A DNA stretch of 64,000 bases from Marsupella aquatica (lineage: Eukaryota; Plantae; Marchantiophyta). The notes under the pieces were generated by a model. It did not search any database. It was not told where the DNA came from and saw nothing but the letters and a program-made list of their open reading frames with translations. The first letter of the stretch is position 1. Every line of letters starts with the position of its first letter. Made by a program: the position numbers and the translations under genes. Positions 11,457 to 23,140 of this stretch are shown piece after piece. Location of the stretch: NCBI GenBank assembly GCA_973895155.1, contig OZ316891.1:24303899-24367898 (forward strand). Direction: 5' to 3'.

Positions 11457-12341
11457 TCAATTGTCCCATACATCATCAATATATATTAATGGCCGTGGCT
11501 CTCGGTACCCATTAAGTAAATTTTCCAAACAGTCTAAGGCATCAACCCATGGGGCCTCCATCTCATGCAATTTGTCTAAGGTTCCTTTGAATCGTTCCTC
11601 CTCTTCTCGAGAAGCTAGTATGCTTGGCTGCTTATTCTTTTTAAGCAAAAATTCCAGATCATTTTCTTCTGCTATTGGGAGTATCCTCACTCTTCCGGTC
11701 CATTCCCTTTTTAAAACAATTACATTGACTAAGTTCTCCACGTGTGATAAATCTTTTGTCCACTTGAAATTATTTGTTCTATCTTCAAGATCCTTCCATT
11801 TTACCACAAGCCATCCTTCTTTACAAAGAACTGTAAGCAGTTCAATAAGACGGTTTCTATCAGGAGTCATCACAGGTCTCTCCCCCTGCAGCAATGTGTT
11901 CGAATTTCTGTAAAATCCATATAGTACCTCATCAAGTCTGGTTCTCCAATTCGGGTCTCCCTTCAGGCTTTGTAAATCTGATTCCAATTCTTGCTCCAAT
12001 TTTGGTTCCAAAATTTCTTCTTCAATCTGGTTTTGAGTTAAAATTGTTGGTATACATTCCAACTCAAAATCTTTATCCCAAGTGGCCTCCTGCAATGTCA
12101 AATGACCATTTACAGAGTTTCTAAATATAAGAACACAATCATAGAAGATGTTGGTGTCCCAAGATGGTGTCTTCACCAAATCTCTACACCAAAAGTACCC
12201 CGTAACTCCAGCTTCTTCCTTGCCCTGTTTTAAGATTGAGGCTCTTCCAGAGTTACAACTGCTCTTAATGGTGTGTGTTTGGGTTTCCCTTGATAGGATT
12301 TGAGCACGTTCTCTTTTCCCAGGTCTATGTCGTCTCACCAT
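11457..12341 (-). CDS. 5' extra ORF of G1 (294 aa), unknown function
   Basis: Sense-strand ORF between the PBS and gag. I recognise no domain. Confidence 0.55.
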   Translation of the reverse strand: MVRRHRPGKRERAQILSRETQTHTIKSSCNSGRASILKQGKEEAGVTGYFWCRDLVKTPSWDTNIFYDCVLIFRNSVNGHLTLQEATWDKDFELECIPTILTQNQIEEEILEPKLEQELESDLQSLKGDPNWRTRLDEVLYGFYRNSNTLLQGERPVMTPDRNRLIELLTVLCKEGWLVVKWKDLEDRTNNFKWTKDLSHVENLVNVIVLKREWTGRVRILPIAEENDLEFLLKKNKQPSILASREEEERFKGTLDKLHEMEAPWVDALDCLENLLNGYREPRPLIYIDDVWDN

Positions 12342-12976
12342 TGGTGAAGCTTCCTGAATCCTTCAAATCGACTGGCTCTAATTTCATGCTCCGTCCTTCC
12401 TTGATCCTTCTCCTTGTACATGATTGACCATTCTAATTAATCTCCTATGTATTCTCCTTTCCGAGCCTTCTTCCACAAATGTCCAATCTTCCAAATTTGT
12501 AATAAGAGTCGGCAGAATTGCCCTTGGTGCATTAACCATGCAGAATGGTATCATCCCAAATGCAAAAGCTTGTCCAAAGTTGAGTGTTTGAGGGGGAGTA
12601 GTACCATCAATACTTCCTTGATTAAATGCCGATTGGAATGAGTTAAGAGGATCCATAATCAACAAACCTTCAATCTCACTGATGTTGAAATGTTAATCCC
12701 CACTCCTATAATCTTCCTTTCCAACAAATGCCTTATGCATCCCTGAAGGGGGTTGAGAGATCATGGAGGGTTGGGCATAACACCCCTTCATATCTCAAGA
12801 AGGTCATTCTTTTGGCACCTTTTGCCTTTCTTCCTAGAATCCGAGAAGACTTGGGTTAGGTGATGATTTCCTCACAAGAGTTTCTTGCAAGAATTCCTCT
12901 CCCACGTCAAGGTCCATTCTTCTCCTTCTGGCATTAACGTCCCTTTCTTCTCTAAATCTTTCGGGTCTCAGGTCAC

Positions 12977-12994
12977 TCCCCGGCAGCGGCGCCA
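12977..12994 (-). other. Primer-binding site, tRNA-Asp type
   Basis: Same sequence as 780-797. Confidence 0.85.
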
Positions 12995-12997
12995 AAA

Positions 12998-14460
12998 TGT
13001 AGAGTAGGGTTTAGAGTAAGAATAACTATTCTTCTCTTTAATAGCCTAGATTCGTTCCCGTTAAGAGCTATTGAGACCTAAAAGATTGTAATATGATACT
13101 TTGAGTACTTTTGAGTAACATACTCAGGTTACAAGCCTTTTTAACATGCTCAGGTTTATGGAAGGAATTTTATGATACTTCCATGAAAGGTATGACGTTT
13201 GTATCATCCATAGTGCAATCAAAAGGGGGTAAAAAGTGTTAAACAAAACCAAAAGCCAGCGGCGTGAAAACTGATAGAAGGTGAGTTATAGATGGAAATA
13301 CACCTTATCACTACATAGTAACTCATGACCAGCGGTAGTACATTAAGAATCATCGGTGTAAAAACTCATGTAAAACTGATGCCTACATATCTTCTTCAAA
13401 CCCGCCATCTTTAGAAAATTATAAAAGATCAGCATAAGGTAGCCCGTATTGATTTTCTGACCTATGTCAAAGCAAGGTGGTACTAATCACTCCGAACCAA
13501 CTTATTCTTTTATTCAATCCATCAGATTGCTCTTTTGGATCTATGCAATTTGTGGAATTCTAGTGGTGAATTTGCATCAGCTCCTCATTGAATACAAGAA
13601 CTCTATAGTCAACACGAATCAATAGGCTTTTGCATGATCTCATGCATGCGTTTCCAGTCAGCCTATGGGTCAACCAAGCATTACTAGTCACATCAAACAG
13701 CTTTTTCTAGTAAAGGATAGTCACACACTAAGATTGAATCACAAACCATAGATTACCAAAGATTACTAAAATAGACTTCTCATTGATTTATTACTTCAAA
13801 GAGAAGGAGACTTAAAGTTGAAAGCTAATTTCATGAAAGTCATATTAAGTCTGAGGTTCAAGGAAGAATCTCTCCCTTATATATAAGAGAGATCCGCTTG
13901 AAAAACTAGATGAAAAGACATGCCTTTTCATTATGTAAAAACTAATAAGGTTAACTAGATAAAAATAACTATACTGTGTGAAAGAGGAGGTCATATCACT
14001 TCCTTCCTTTCTTACAAAACATGGAAAATGGTCGGAACAAAGGCGGAAATCAAATTTCCGGTTAAACCTCCTTTTGAATATAAATTCCGGTTGAACCTGT
14101 TTTTACAGAATCCGGTTCATCCGTCTTGGTGTTTAACTATGGCTTCAGGAATTTCTGGCTCTTCAGGAATCTCTGGAGTGATAGTGGGAGTAGGTGCTTG
14201 GCTTTGGAGGGGTTCTATAACATAGGTCACTCCTGTGGAGGTAGTAACAATGTTGCCAGGGGGAACCGGGTTGGTAGGATACTTGCCCATGAGGGAAGTC
14301 CAATCGAAAGGTCCGGGAGTGGTGGTAGGAATGGTCCCTGAGGAAGAGGTGAAATCAGGAGCAGTAGTATCAAGAGTGGTAGGTTCTCCTGATAGAGGGG
14401 ATGGAGAATACTGAACTGGTGTCTCCCCATCATCCTTAGCCCAGTTCTACAAATCTCACA
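12998..14460 (-). repeat. 5' LTR of G1 with a ~2-kb internal deletion
   Basis: Matches 801-2247, then an 8-nt filler TTCTACAA, then ATCTCACA (= 4287-4294). Confidence 0.8.
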
Positions 14461-15466
14461 TGCTTTTGATCAGATTGTCTTTTTTTCCCTTCAGAAGTGG
14501 TTGTTCTTTAAATTAGTGTTCCTTTGTCACCTCCGCCCTTGCTATTTGGGTGGATTGACTCATTTGTTGATCATGCCTCTCAGTATTGAGTCATGTTCTT
14601 GTAACTCTTTGTGATTGGTAAGAGTTTTAATGCTCAACTTTTGGTTTTGTTCCTTTGTGTGGTGCAGTATGCTGCGTAAAGGCGTGGAAGGCCAGGACTA
14701 TTCTCACATGCTGTGTGAAGGCCAGGACTATTCTCAGTGGTAAGTGCTGCTACACGATTATACTGTTGGACATCCTTAAGTCTCTATCGTTGTTTTGGAG
14801 CCTTTGTTAATTGGAAACTTCTTGTTATGGCATATCTGTTTGAATATATACCCTTTGATATTGGCTTTGTGAGCACATGATGAAGTGTGATCTTGGATGT
14901 GTTTGGCAGTCTAAGAAGGTGGATCGAGCTACCCCTTCTCATCTCAATAACTGGCCTAAACGTGGCATATATCCCTTTTTCTAATCCCCATCAGCGCGGA
15001 GTTGTTGAGGCTTGAGCTGGTCTGAGCAGGGTTGCTGAGCTAACTTGAAGTGCACTTGATCATAGGTAACCTGCCCTCAATCTCTGTAGTCCAGAGTGTG
15101 CTGAAGATTGCCATAGCAAGATTTGTCCTATTGTGCTTGACTATTCCTAAAGGTCATTTTATGTTCATTAACAATAACCAAAGTCTAAACTTGGAGGTCA
15201 CAACTAAAAGTTTATGGAGGATTGTAATATCCCCTTCTTCCCACAATCCTAACTCAATCCATGAATCCTTCAAGTAAGCTGTTACGGACTGTACACCTTA
15301 TCAAAGAAATCATCCCTGAGGCCAGCAGCTAAGTCGTTACGGCCAGTGCATTTCCTGAATCCGTTCCATGTTGTGGAGTCCCAATAAAATCACTCCACTC
15401 CTAGGTCAGCTATCATTCCAGCAATCCCACTTTATGAAATGGATTGCATTTTATCCCTACCAGCTC

Positions 15467-16486
15467 AAACCATGATGTGCAATTCAACTGTCTCTCACAT
15501 CGTGTCACCTTGGCCTCTCTGTGGTCAACTGAGCTAGCCTTCCTTTGAGGCAATACATTTATCAATTGCTGCATGAACCATGGCTTGTGTTGCGAAGCAA
15601 TCTTTTACTCCCACTAAAGTGACCTCGATTATCCTCCCAGTCGGCCCTGTCTCTGAAAAGATTTCCATGATTTCATATAGCACAAACCATGGTTTGCACA
15701 TCTTTATGTTAAGTCTAATTCCACCACTCTGACCTCAACTCACCTTCCTTTGAGGCATTACATTTTCCAAATCTGGTGCCTTGTACCTATCGTGGCACAA
15801 ACCATGGTTCGTGCTGTGAAGGGGTAATATGTGACTCCCACTATCACAACTCACATCTGGACTTGGCTGTCCTTCCAGCCAAAAAATTTATAGCAAATGG
15901 ATTTACATTTGTACTTGCAGCACAAACAAGGATTTGCACATCATGCATGTCCACCCAGTCCAATTTCTAATCTTAATGAAGCTCAATTTTGCTTTCAAGG
16001 GCATGAACCATGGTTTGCTCTGAAGTTTATCTTCCTAGTCAATTTTTCTAGACCTTGTTGCACAAAGGGACCTATTGATATCCGAGCCTTATTACTTCAT
16101 GTTCATTTTGATTGTTAGTGTTGCCATTCATTTAACGTGAAAGTCATATCATTTGCAGTGCAAACCATGGTTTGCACTACTGAGAATAAGTATCACAAGC
16201 CCTCATTGCACGAACCTTGGTTTGCAGTGTCCCCATTGATTTGTCCTGAAGTTCATTCCCTGTAACCATTTGCAGAGCAAACCATGGTTTGCAGTACAAA
16301 GAATAAATACCAGTCACAGCTAGCTATCTTGCACAAACCTTGGTTTGCACTATCCCAGTCTGTAGTCTTTGATTCAATTCATTTAGATTCAAAGCTAACT
16401 ATTATTCCATGAACCTTTGTTTGCACTATCCCTAGTCATCTTTGATTTCATCTAGATTTAGAGCTTGCAGCATGAACCATGGTTTG
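15467..16486. repeat. Cluster of about 11 palindromic (G/A)AACCATGGTT(T) motifs
   Basis: Copies near 15575, 15684, 15799, 16005, 16162, 16212, 16279, 16335, 16411 and 16474. A perfect 22-bp palindrome AGTGCAAACCATGGTTTGCACT lies at 16157-16178. Confidence 0.8.
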
Positions 16487-16681
16487 ATGATCTACATTTT
16501 GCCAGAATCCAAACTACTCTATGCTGTCCCTGGGAGAAAATTAAGTCAAACATTTCAAAATATCTGGTTTCTTTGAACATTCAACATGTTCTTTAAAGAA
16601 TATCCTTTACACATCTTGCCGACAGTATTCTTATGATCAAATTTGTTTTTGTTGTGAAGCAGAGCGAGAACGCACATAGTC

Positions 16682-19600
16682 ATGGCATCCGAAGGAGAAA
16701 CTAGCAAAGAAGAAGCGGAAGTCTTTGGAAAAAACTGATGGAAGCCCAAAAAAAAGGAAAGCCAAAGTTAGAAAGGGTGTCATAGGAGTGAATTCCATCA
16801 CTAATTTTTGTGGGAGGAAGATTACATATATTGAAATCCACCATCACCGATACTGTTGTCCGAGTTGAACAGAAAGATATGAAGCACTAGGGAGTGGTGC
16901 TTGATAAGAATGTTCTTCGGATGTGCGTCGCTTCTGAAGAGGGGACTTTGGTATTGTCAGACTCTCGAATTCTCAGTTGTGTTTATGAGAAAAATGTCAA
17001 CCTGAAAGACTGTCAAGAGGCTTTGGTCCTTCTGGTCGAGGAGGATACCGTCGATGAATCACAAAACAATAGGATTTGCTATTGTTTCTCCAGAGAGGTA
17101 TTTGGGATGTTTGACCAAACATACATTGAGGAAAATTGCAGATTATCTCCGGAGGCATTCTCAGCCATTTTGGATCCCACATTCCCAAAGGTTTCTACAC
17201 TCATAAATGGCCCAAGCATTGAGAGGTACATGTTATCCATCTTGGCATGGGCAAAATGCACCTTCCCGGAAACATTTTGTGTTGGAAAGAAGGAGGAACT
17301 TGAGAAGCAATCCAAGTTTGAAACAGGAGAACTTTCAAAAGTGATCACTGGAGAAAACATTGGAGATATTTGCAAGAGTTTCAATGGTGTTTATAAAAAA
17401 GCAAACATCTTTGATAGTAGAGTTTTCAATGTTGAAAATTCGAAATGCCACATTGCACCCAATGTTGTAAAATGTAGAGGACATGACCCTGATTACTCAA
17501 GGGACCTTGCCAACTCGATGAAATTTCAGTCGTTGGTAAATTTTGAGAAGCGGGTTTGTTTCCTCATCCCAGTGTTTTGGGATGAGACCAGGAGCACTGA
17601 AGTTGGCTATTGTGGGACTCCATTGTCACACCCACCAATCCTTGATCAAATTGACAATTATCATTTTTGGATAATTGGAGGCCAGCACACAGTAATAGCT
17701 TACCGATTTCTTTTGAATGATGAATCAGTGGATGCTGCTATTCATCAAAAATGCCTTACAATTGATGCCGTGATGTTTTGGGCACCATATGATTTGGCTG
17801 GGAACCTGGTAATGATGGGATTATCAAAGACATTGAATCATGTCCATCACACAGCGATGGATGAATCCCAATTTTTCTTGATTGCAAGACAGGTCAGAGA
17901 TATTTGGAAAAGTTATGGATGTCCTCCTTTAGAGACAAACAACACCAAAGATTCAAAATGGAAGGTAAGAGTTATATATTTCATAAGTTTATTTTTATTC
18001 TTGTTTAACTTCTGCTAGTGCATCTAAATGCAATAGAATGTGAAAAGTAGAACAGTGTGAACCATGGTTCGTATCCACCTAATGATTTTAGTTGTGTGTG
18101 AACAACACTTCTCAAAAGCAGCAATGATCGTCATCCCTTTTGCTAAAGAGGAGAATGGACAATTTAATTTGGGTGACCTTGGACCTTTCATCTTAAATAT
18201 GACAGATTCCACCTTCAACTTGTGGATGAAAGTTTACGAGATGTCAAGAGAAGGAAAATTGGTTGCTTTCAATGGGTTCTTACAGAGAGATGTTATTAAG
18301 AAAGATTCTGCTCGAGGAGCTTGGGAGGTGGCACGAAGAACATTTCGGGATTTTCTTGGTGTTGAAGATGCAGTGTTGATGAAGATTGCAAGGTATCTTC
18401 TTACCAATAAGAAGATCTCACTAATGAAGCAATGAAGTAGCGGAATTGCAAAGAAGATAGATGCAGTTCCTATCGAAGAAGATTTCATTGCTCTTGATGA
18501 GTATTGCGTTCAAAAGAAGCAGGATAAGGAGTTTGAGATACTGCTTTTGAAATATCTTGCAAAAGATAATATGCCTAAGGGGAAACTACGAGCGTTGCCC
18601 ATGGAGCAGAGAATTGAGAAGGTGAATGCAATGCAAGCTTTTTTTAAGCTTACTCCAGATAAAGTTGAAAAACTTCGAACTACGCTTGGACCTGCAGTAA
18701 TCCCAAAATCATTAACGAAGAACACTGGAAATGACAAGTTGCAAAATCTTATGCCTGGAGTTTTTAAGAGTTTGATATGGTCAATCAGGGCTTCAGTGGA
18801 TGGAAAAGGTAATCCGGTGGTTGTGAAACTTGACTCAAAACTTAGGTTTTGTTCAAATGAGGGATTTGGAACTCATGCATTTTTTTGTCCAATCATCTTG
18901 GAATTGAAAGAAATGGCAACATTCATATTCTTGGATGCTACCATGATACCTGGAATAAGTCCCATGACACGGAAGACATATGAAGCATTCTTTGATGCAG
19001 CTTCTATGATTGGGTCCAAACCATCTCATGTCGTGGTAGTGATATCATCTGCAATCAACTCTTTCTTTGTGATGAGTGCCATTTCAGCACACCCACATTA
19101 TGTTGCATTCACAACACAATACTGGACACAATCTCGACCGTCATCTTCTGCATCGACAATTTATGATGTCAATTGTCTTTTTGTAACTTATGCATTCTTC
19201 AAAGTGTCATTCACTGAAGAATGTGAGGCAGATGAGATTTCTGGAAAAATTTTGTTAAGCTTTAAGAAAGCAGGATGTTTGGAGAATTATGAAGAGACAA
19301 CAGAAGATGTTGCAGAGCAGACTCAGCTTGGGAGAAAAGCAAGAGTTTCTATGATAACTTGACTTCTCAACTTGTCTCATTTGACAAGTTTTCTGTTTGT
19401 TTTGGAGATGGCCGACATCTGATCCACTCCCTTTTGGTATGAGTTTTTAAACCCCAAACCTTATAGTTGAAAGTTCATTTAATTATTCAACTATATTGAA
19501 ATCCCAAGTATTAAAACTCTCATGGTTTTGCAGAACTTGGGAGCTTGGGTACGTTCATATTGTGACGAGTCTAATCACGAAGGACTTACGCAGTTCTTTT

Positions 19601-19875
19601 CTTCCACAAACAAGTTTAATCATGATCAGCCTGAAGAAGCATCATGTGAACTTCGAAGTATTTTAGAGAAAAATATTGCCAGATTGATGAAGTATAATTT
19701 GGCCAAGAAGAATATGAGAGAGGACATTATTGAGCTTTGCAAAGATACCTTACACCTTGGTGAAAGTAGTATTGCTCGTGTGATCAAGGAATATGGATTG
19801 GGCGACATTCCTGAATCAGATGACAAAGTCTATGAAATGCCAACCAATGTTCCTATTGATCCACTTGGAGGTTAA
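16682..19875 (+). pseudogene. Intron-containing ParB/Srx-like gene with a possible degenerate MTase-like C-terminus
   Basis: FWIIGGQHTVIAY motif in ORF 16894..18018, a GT donor at 17965, and ORFs 18064..18435 and 18547..19362 joined in frame by one TGA. It aligns by eye with the gene at 60-63.7 kb. Confidence 0.5.
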
Positions 19876-20516
19876 TATGACTACCATTTGTTATAAACTA
19901 CCATATTCAATAGCTAATGATGAATTAAGTAGTCAAACTTGTCATATGCCAGATATGAATCATGAATTATAAATCGATGTTCTCAAGAGAATGATGTACA
20001 TGATTTGATATAGAATGATTGATTGATGAGAATATTAGAATGAACCATGGTTGGAACAAGTTGGATGTGTGAAGTTAGATAAATTTATCAAGACAATATA
20101 AAACCTATTATTTGGTATAGTCCAAACATTTCAAATGGATAATAATTCCAACTAGAGTTGAAGCAAATACTAATACAAACTGAACAACCCAATGATAGTT
20201 TTAACTTGTCAAATGAATTGCTTAAATTATATAAATAGATTAACTTACTCTGGAATTTTGTGAAAAATTAGATTAGTACTTAACATAATATAGAAAACAC
20301 TTGTCTAATACATCATGCAGTCATTGAAATTAGGCAAAGCAAACTAATAGCGATATTTAATAAATAAAAATAATTGGAAGTTTATTGGTTCACCATATTT
20401 ATCTATTGTTTGTTGTTTTGGTTGTAGGAGATAAAACCAATTCTATTGAGGACGAGAACAAGGATGAGGACGAAGAGGATAACATTGATTCCCCGAATGC
20501 TTGGTAGCCACTAAAG

Positions 20517-21971
20517 TTGGATCACGTGGAATCACCAAATGATTCAATGGAAATTCTTGACTTGTTCAGGGCTTTCCAAACCAAACCAGAGCTCAATGTC
20601 GAGGAACAAGGAGTTTCAATGACCAAAGGAAGAGGCCCTACCTCAAATCTAAATGCAAAGAATGTTAAAAATATCCAATCAAATTGTAGCTGTGCTGGGG
20701 TGCAAGAATCAAATCAAAGAAACAAAAATGAAGTGGCATTTGATGAAACCAAAAGTAAAAATGAGCGAAGAATGATTGTCCGCAAATTTGTGTGGAAAAA
20801 TTATATTCCTGATCAGGAAACCAGTTGCCCAGATCACATTTCTACAATAGATTGGGATGAGTTCTTTCGAAGCGAAGCTCAATTTCATGGGTGGAAAGCA
20901 AGAGCATATTGGCATGAAGCTTTGACTCATCGCTCTGGTTTGGAAACCCCTGAACAAATCACTAATTTACAAGATCATGTCTATTATGCAACAGAAGTAT
21001 GTGAAATGGTTGGAGATCCTCCTATTGATGTTTTTGCCATTCAAAGTGAACCTAAAAGCACTATTAACAAATGGACTTGGATGAAGGAGTATCAACTAAT
21101 CTCCAACCCTATCACTAACTCTATAGATACACCCGTGTCTAATCTTAATGATGCTAGACTAGATACATGTGCAGTTTATCAAAGTGATTATGAACAAGCA
21201 ATCATCCAAGATTTGGGTGTGAAGAGAGATGATTCTTTCATTCCAAATGAGGAAACAATAAGAGACAATGCTTTGGTCGTGAATCCAATGGTGGAGCAGA
21301 TGGATCCTTTACTGGTTGAAACTAACATTTTGGGCACGTCTCCCATATCGACAGAGCCAGTAAATGTTGACGGTGATCCAGTGGAGAAGAAAATGGATCC
21401 TTCAATGGTTGAAACTAACATTTTGGACGTGCCTCCCACATCGACAGAGTCAAGAAATGCTAACAACAACCTAGCAAGGGAGTAGATGGATCCTCTAGTG
21501 GTTGAGACTAACATTTTGGACGTGCGTCCCACGAGGCGTCCCACATCGACAGAGCCAATAAATGCTAACAATAACCTAGCAAGGGAGCAGATGGATCCTC
21601 TAGTGGTTGAGGCTAATATTTTGGATGAGCCTTTCACATCGACAAAGCCAAGAAATGTTGACAGCAACCTAGCAAGGGAGCAAATGGATCCTCTAGAGAC
21701 AAGAAATGTTGAAATCAGTGCACAAGTGGATCCTGTTATGATTTTGGCCGAAAAACCAAAGGTGTCTCACACATCGATGGACCCTAAAACAAATGAGAGT
21801 GATTTGTTGGTAGATAGTGAAGAACATCCTTGGATCCAACAAGCCACTAACCTTGAAGATCAAGACATACCGGAGGTGGGAAAAATTGCGCCTTGGGAAG
21901 AGGAAGCATCTGCTGCAGCCTACGCTGATGGATTGAATGAATTACCACCTCCTTTTTTGGGATCCCATTAG
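20517..21971 (+). pseudogene. Acidic protein region with 31-aa repeats (MDPLVVETNILD...)
   Basis: Two ORFs are joined in frame by a TAG at 21483, where the other repeat units have CAG or CAA. Confidence 0.5.
21295..21715 (+). repeat. 93-bp minisatellite, about 4.5 units
   Basis: ATGGATCC unit starts at 21300, 21393, 21486, 21591 and 21684. Confidence 0.8.
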
Positions 21972-22547
21972 TTTCAACTTCTCATGGAGATTGTTCACAA
22001 ACGACTCCAGCAACAAGAATGGAGCTTCCTAAGACTGGTTCCAAGGTCATTCCAGGTCGTGCCACTCGACGAGATTCAAAGAGACCCTCGGTGATAGAAA
22101 AAGTTACTATGCTGCCAAAGGTGAAGAAGACACCTCAGCAGATTTTGCGCAACAAGAAGTAATGATTTTATTTTGACTATACTTAATGTATAATTTTTTT
22201 CATAGTGCTATAAATTGTTTGATTGTTCAGGTGCAATCTGAGCCCAAACCAGCAAATTGGTCATTATGGATGTGAATAGTGTATAGTATCAAGGAAACTT
22301 ACCCATTATGGTTGCAAAAGTCATTGCAACAAGATTGGAGGGAACACTTCCAAATATGGATCAATACTCAGTATATTCGTGATCATGGAGATAGAAATCA
22401 TTCAAGGAGATTCCATGTGTTTAATAATCAGGGTACATTTTGGACTACTTATCACACTTATTTGTAGAATAAACCATGGTGCATAGTTAATTTATGACAT
22501 ATTTTTGGGTACTATTCTAAATCTCATCTGTGTGTGTTGTGTACAGG

Positions 22548-23140
22548 TGAGAGTTGAAAATTTATTCAGGAAATTACTTGTCATAAGTATCAACAAGTTC
22601 CTCATTTACACAACTGGGGTCTCTCGTCATTTGAAGAAGACATCATCTTTCCGAGTTTATAACAAAATGATCTTTCCGAGACCATATGTACAAGAATTTC
22701 TTGAATTTTGCACTTCAACTTTTGATGTGGTTCTTTGGGCACTCACTGACACATGCGAACTGGCTGATCAAATGGATCCAATACTCACAGATAAAGCTTT
22801 GAGTTTTTTTGGTCTTAAGTTTCTTACATCAACTTTGATGGACATGAAATAGATCAATGATATTTATCCACAATATCAAAGACAAAATGTTATATTTTTA
22901 GAGTGTTATCCATCATTTGATAGTGTAATTCCAATGTATTCAAGGCTGTATCCCAAGCCGTATTATGGTAATTGTAAAGACAATTTTCTTAGAGGCACAC
23001 TTATTCCATATTTACGTAATCTAGAAGATTCTGGTCAGACAGCGCATAAGTTTATTAAATATCACTATCCTACTTGGTCTGAAGTACGAGACAATATCAA
23101 TAGAAATGTAGTAAAAGAAACCACAGCTTGTGTGATGTAG
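22548..23140 (+). pseudogene. FCP1/NIF (HAD-like phosphatase) homology fragment
   Basis: KLLVISINKFL...IFPRPYVQEFLEFCTSTFDVVLW resembles the NIF consensus LLVLDLNxxL...RPxxxEFLxFCxxxFxVxxW. The catalytic Asp residues are absent. Confidence 0.5.

Larger units (their letters stand above)
801..14460 (-). mobile_element. Ty3/Gypsy LTR retrotransposon, non-chromovirus, Athila-like (element G1)
   Basis: Order is LTR, PBS, 5' extra ORF, gag, PR, RT, RH, INT, PPT, LTR. I see no chromodomain and no additional RNase H. Confidence 0.92.

Noticed and set aside
12998-14451. Apparent 1454-bp LTR with TGTAGA...TCTACA ends
   Set aside because: The other copy lacks this end and has no PPT there. The PPT at 4298-4307 and the shared ATCTCACA terminus indicate a 3.5-kb LTR with a deletion.
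14660-14745. Small exon-like segment with GAAGGCCAGGACTATTCTCA twice
   Set aside because: Too short to link to any gene model.
15467-16486. CRISPR-like array
   Set aside because: The repeats are only 10-22 bp, spacing is irregular, there are no cas genes, and the context is eukaryotic.
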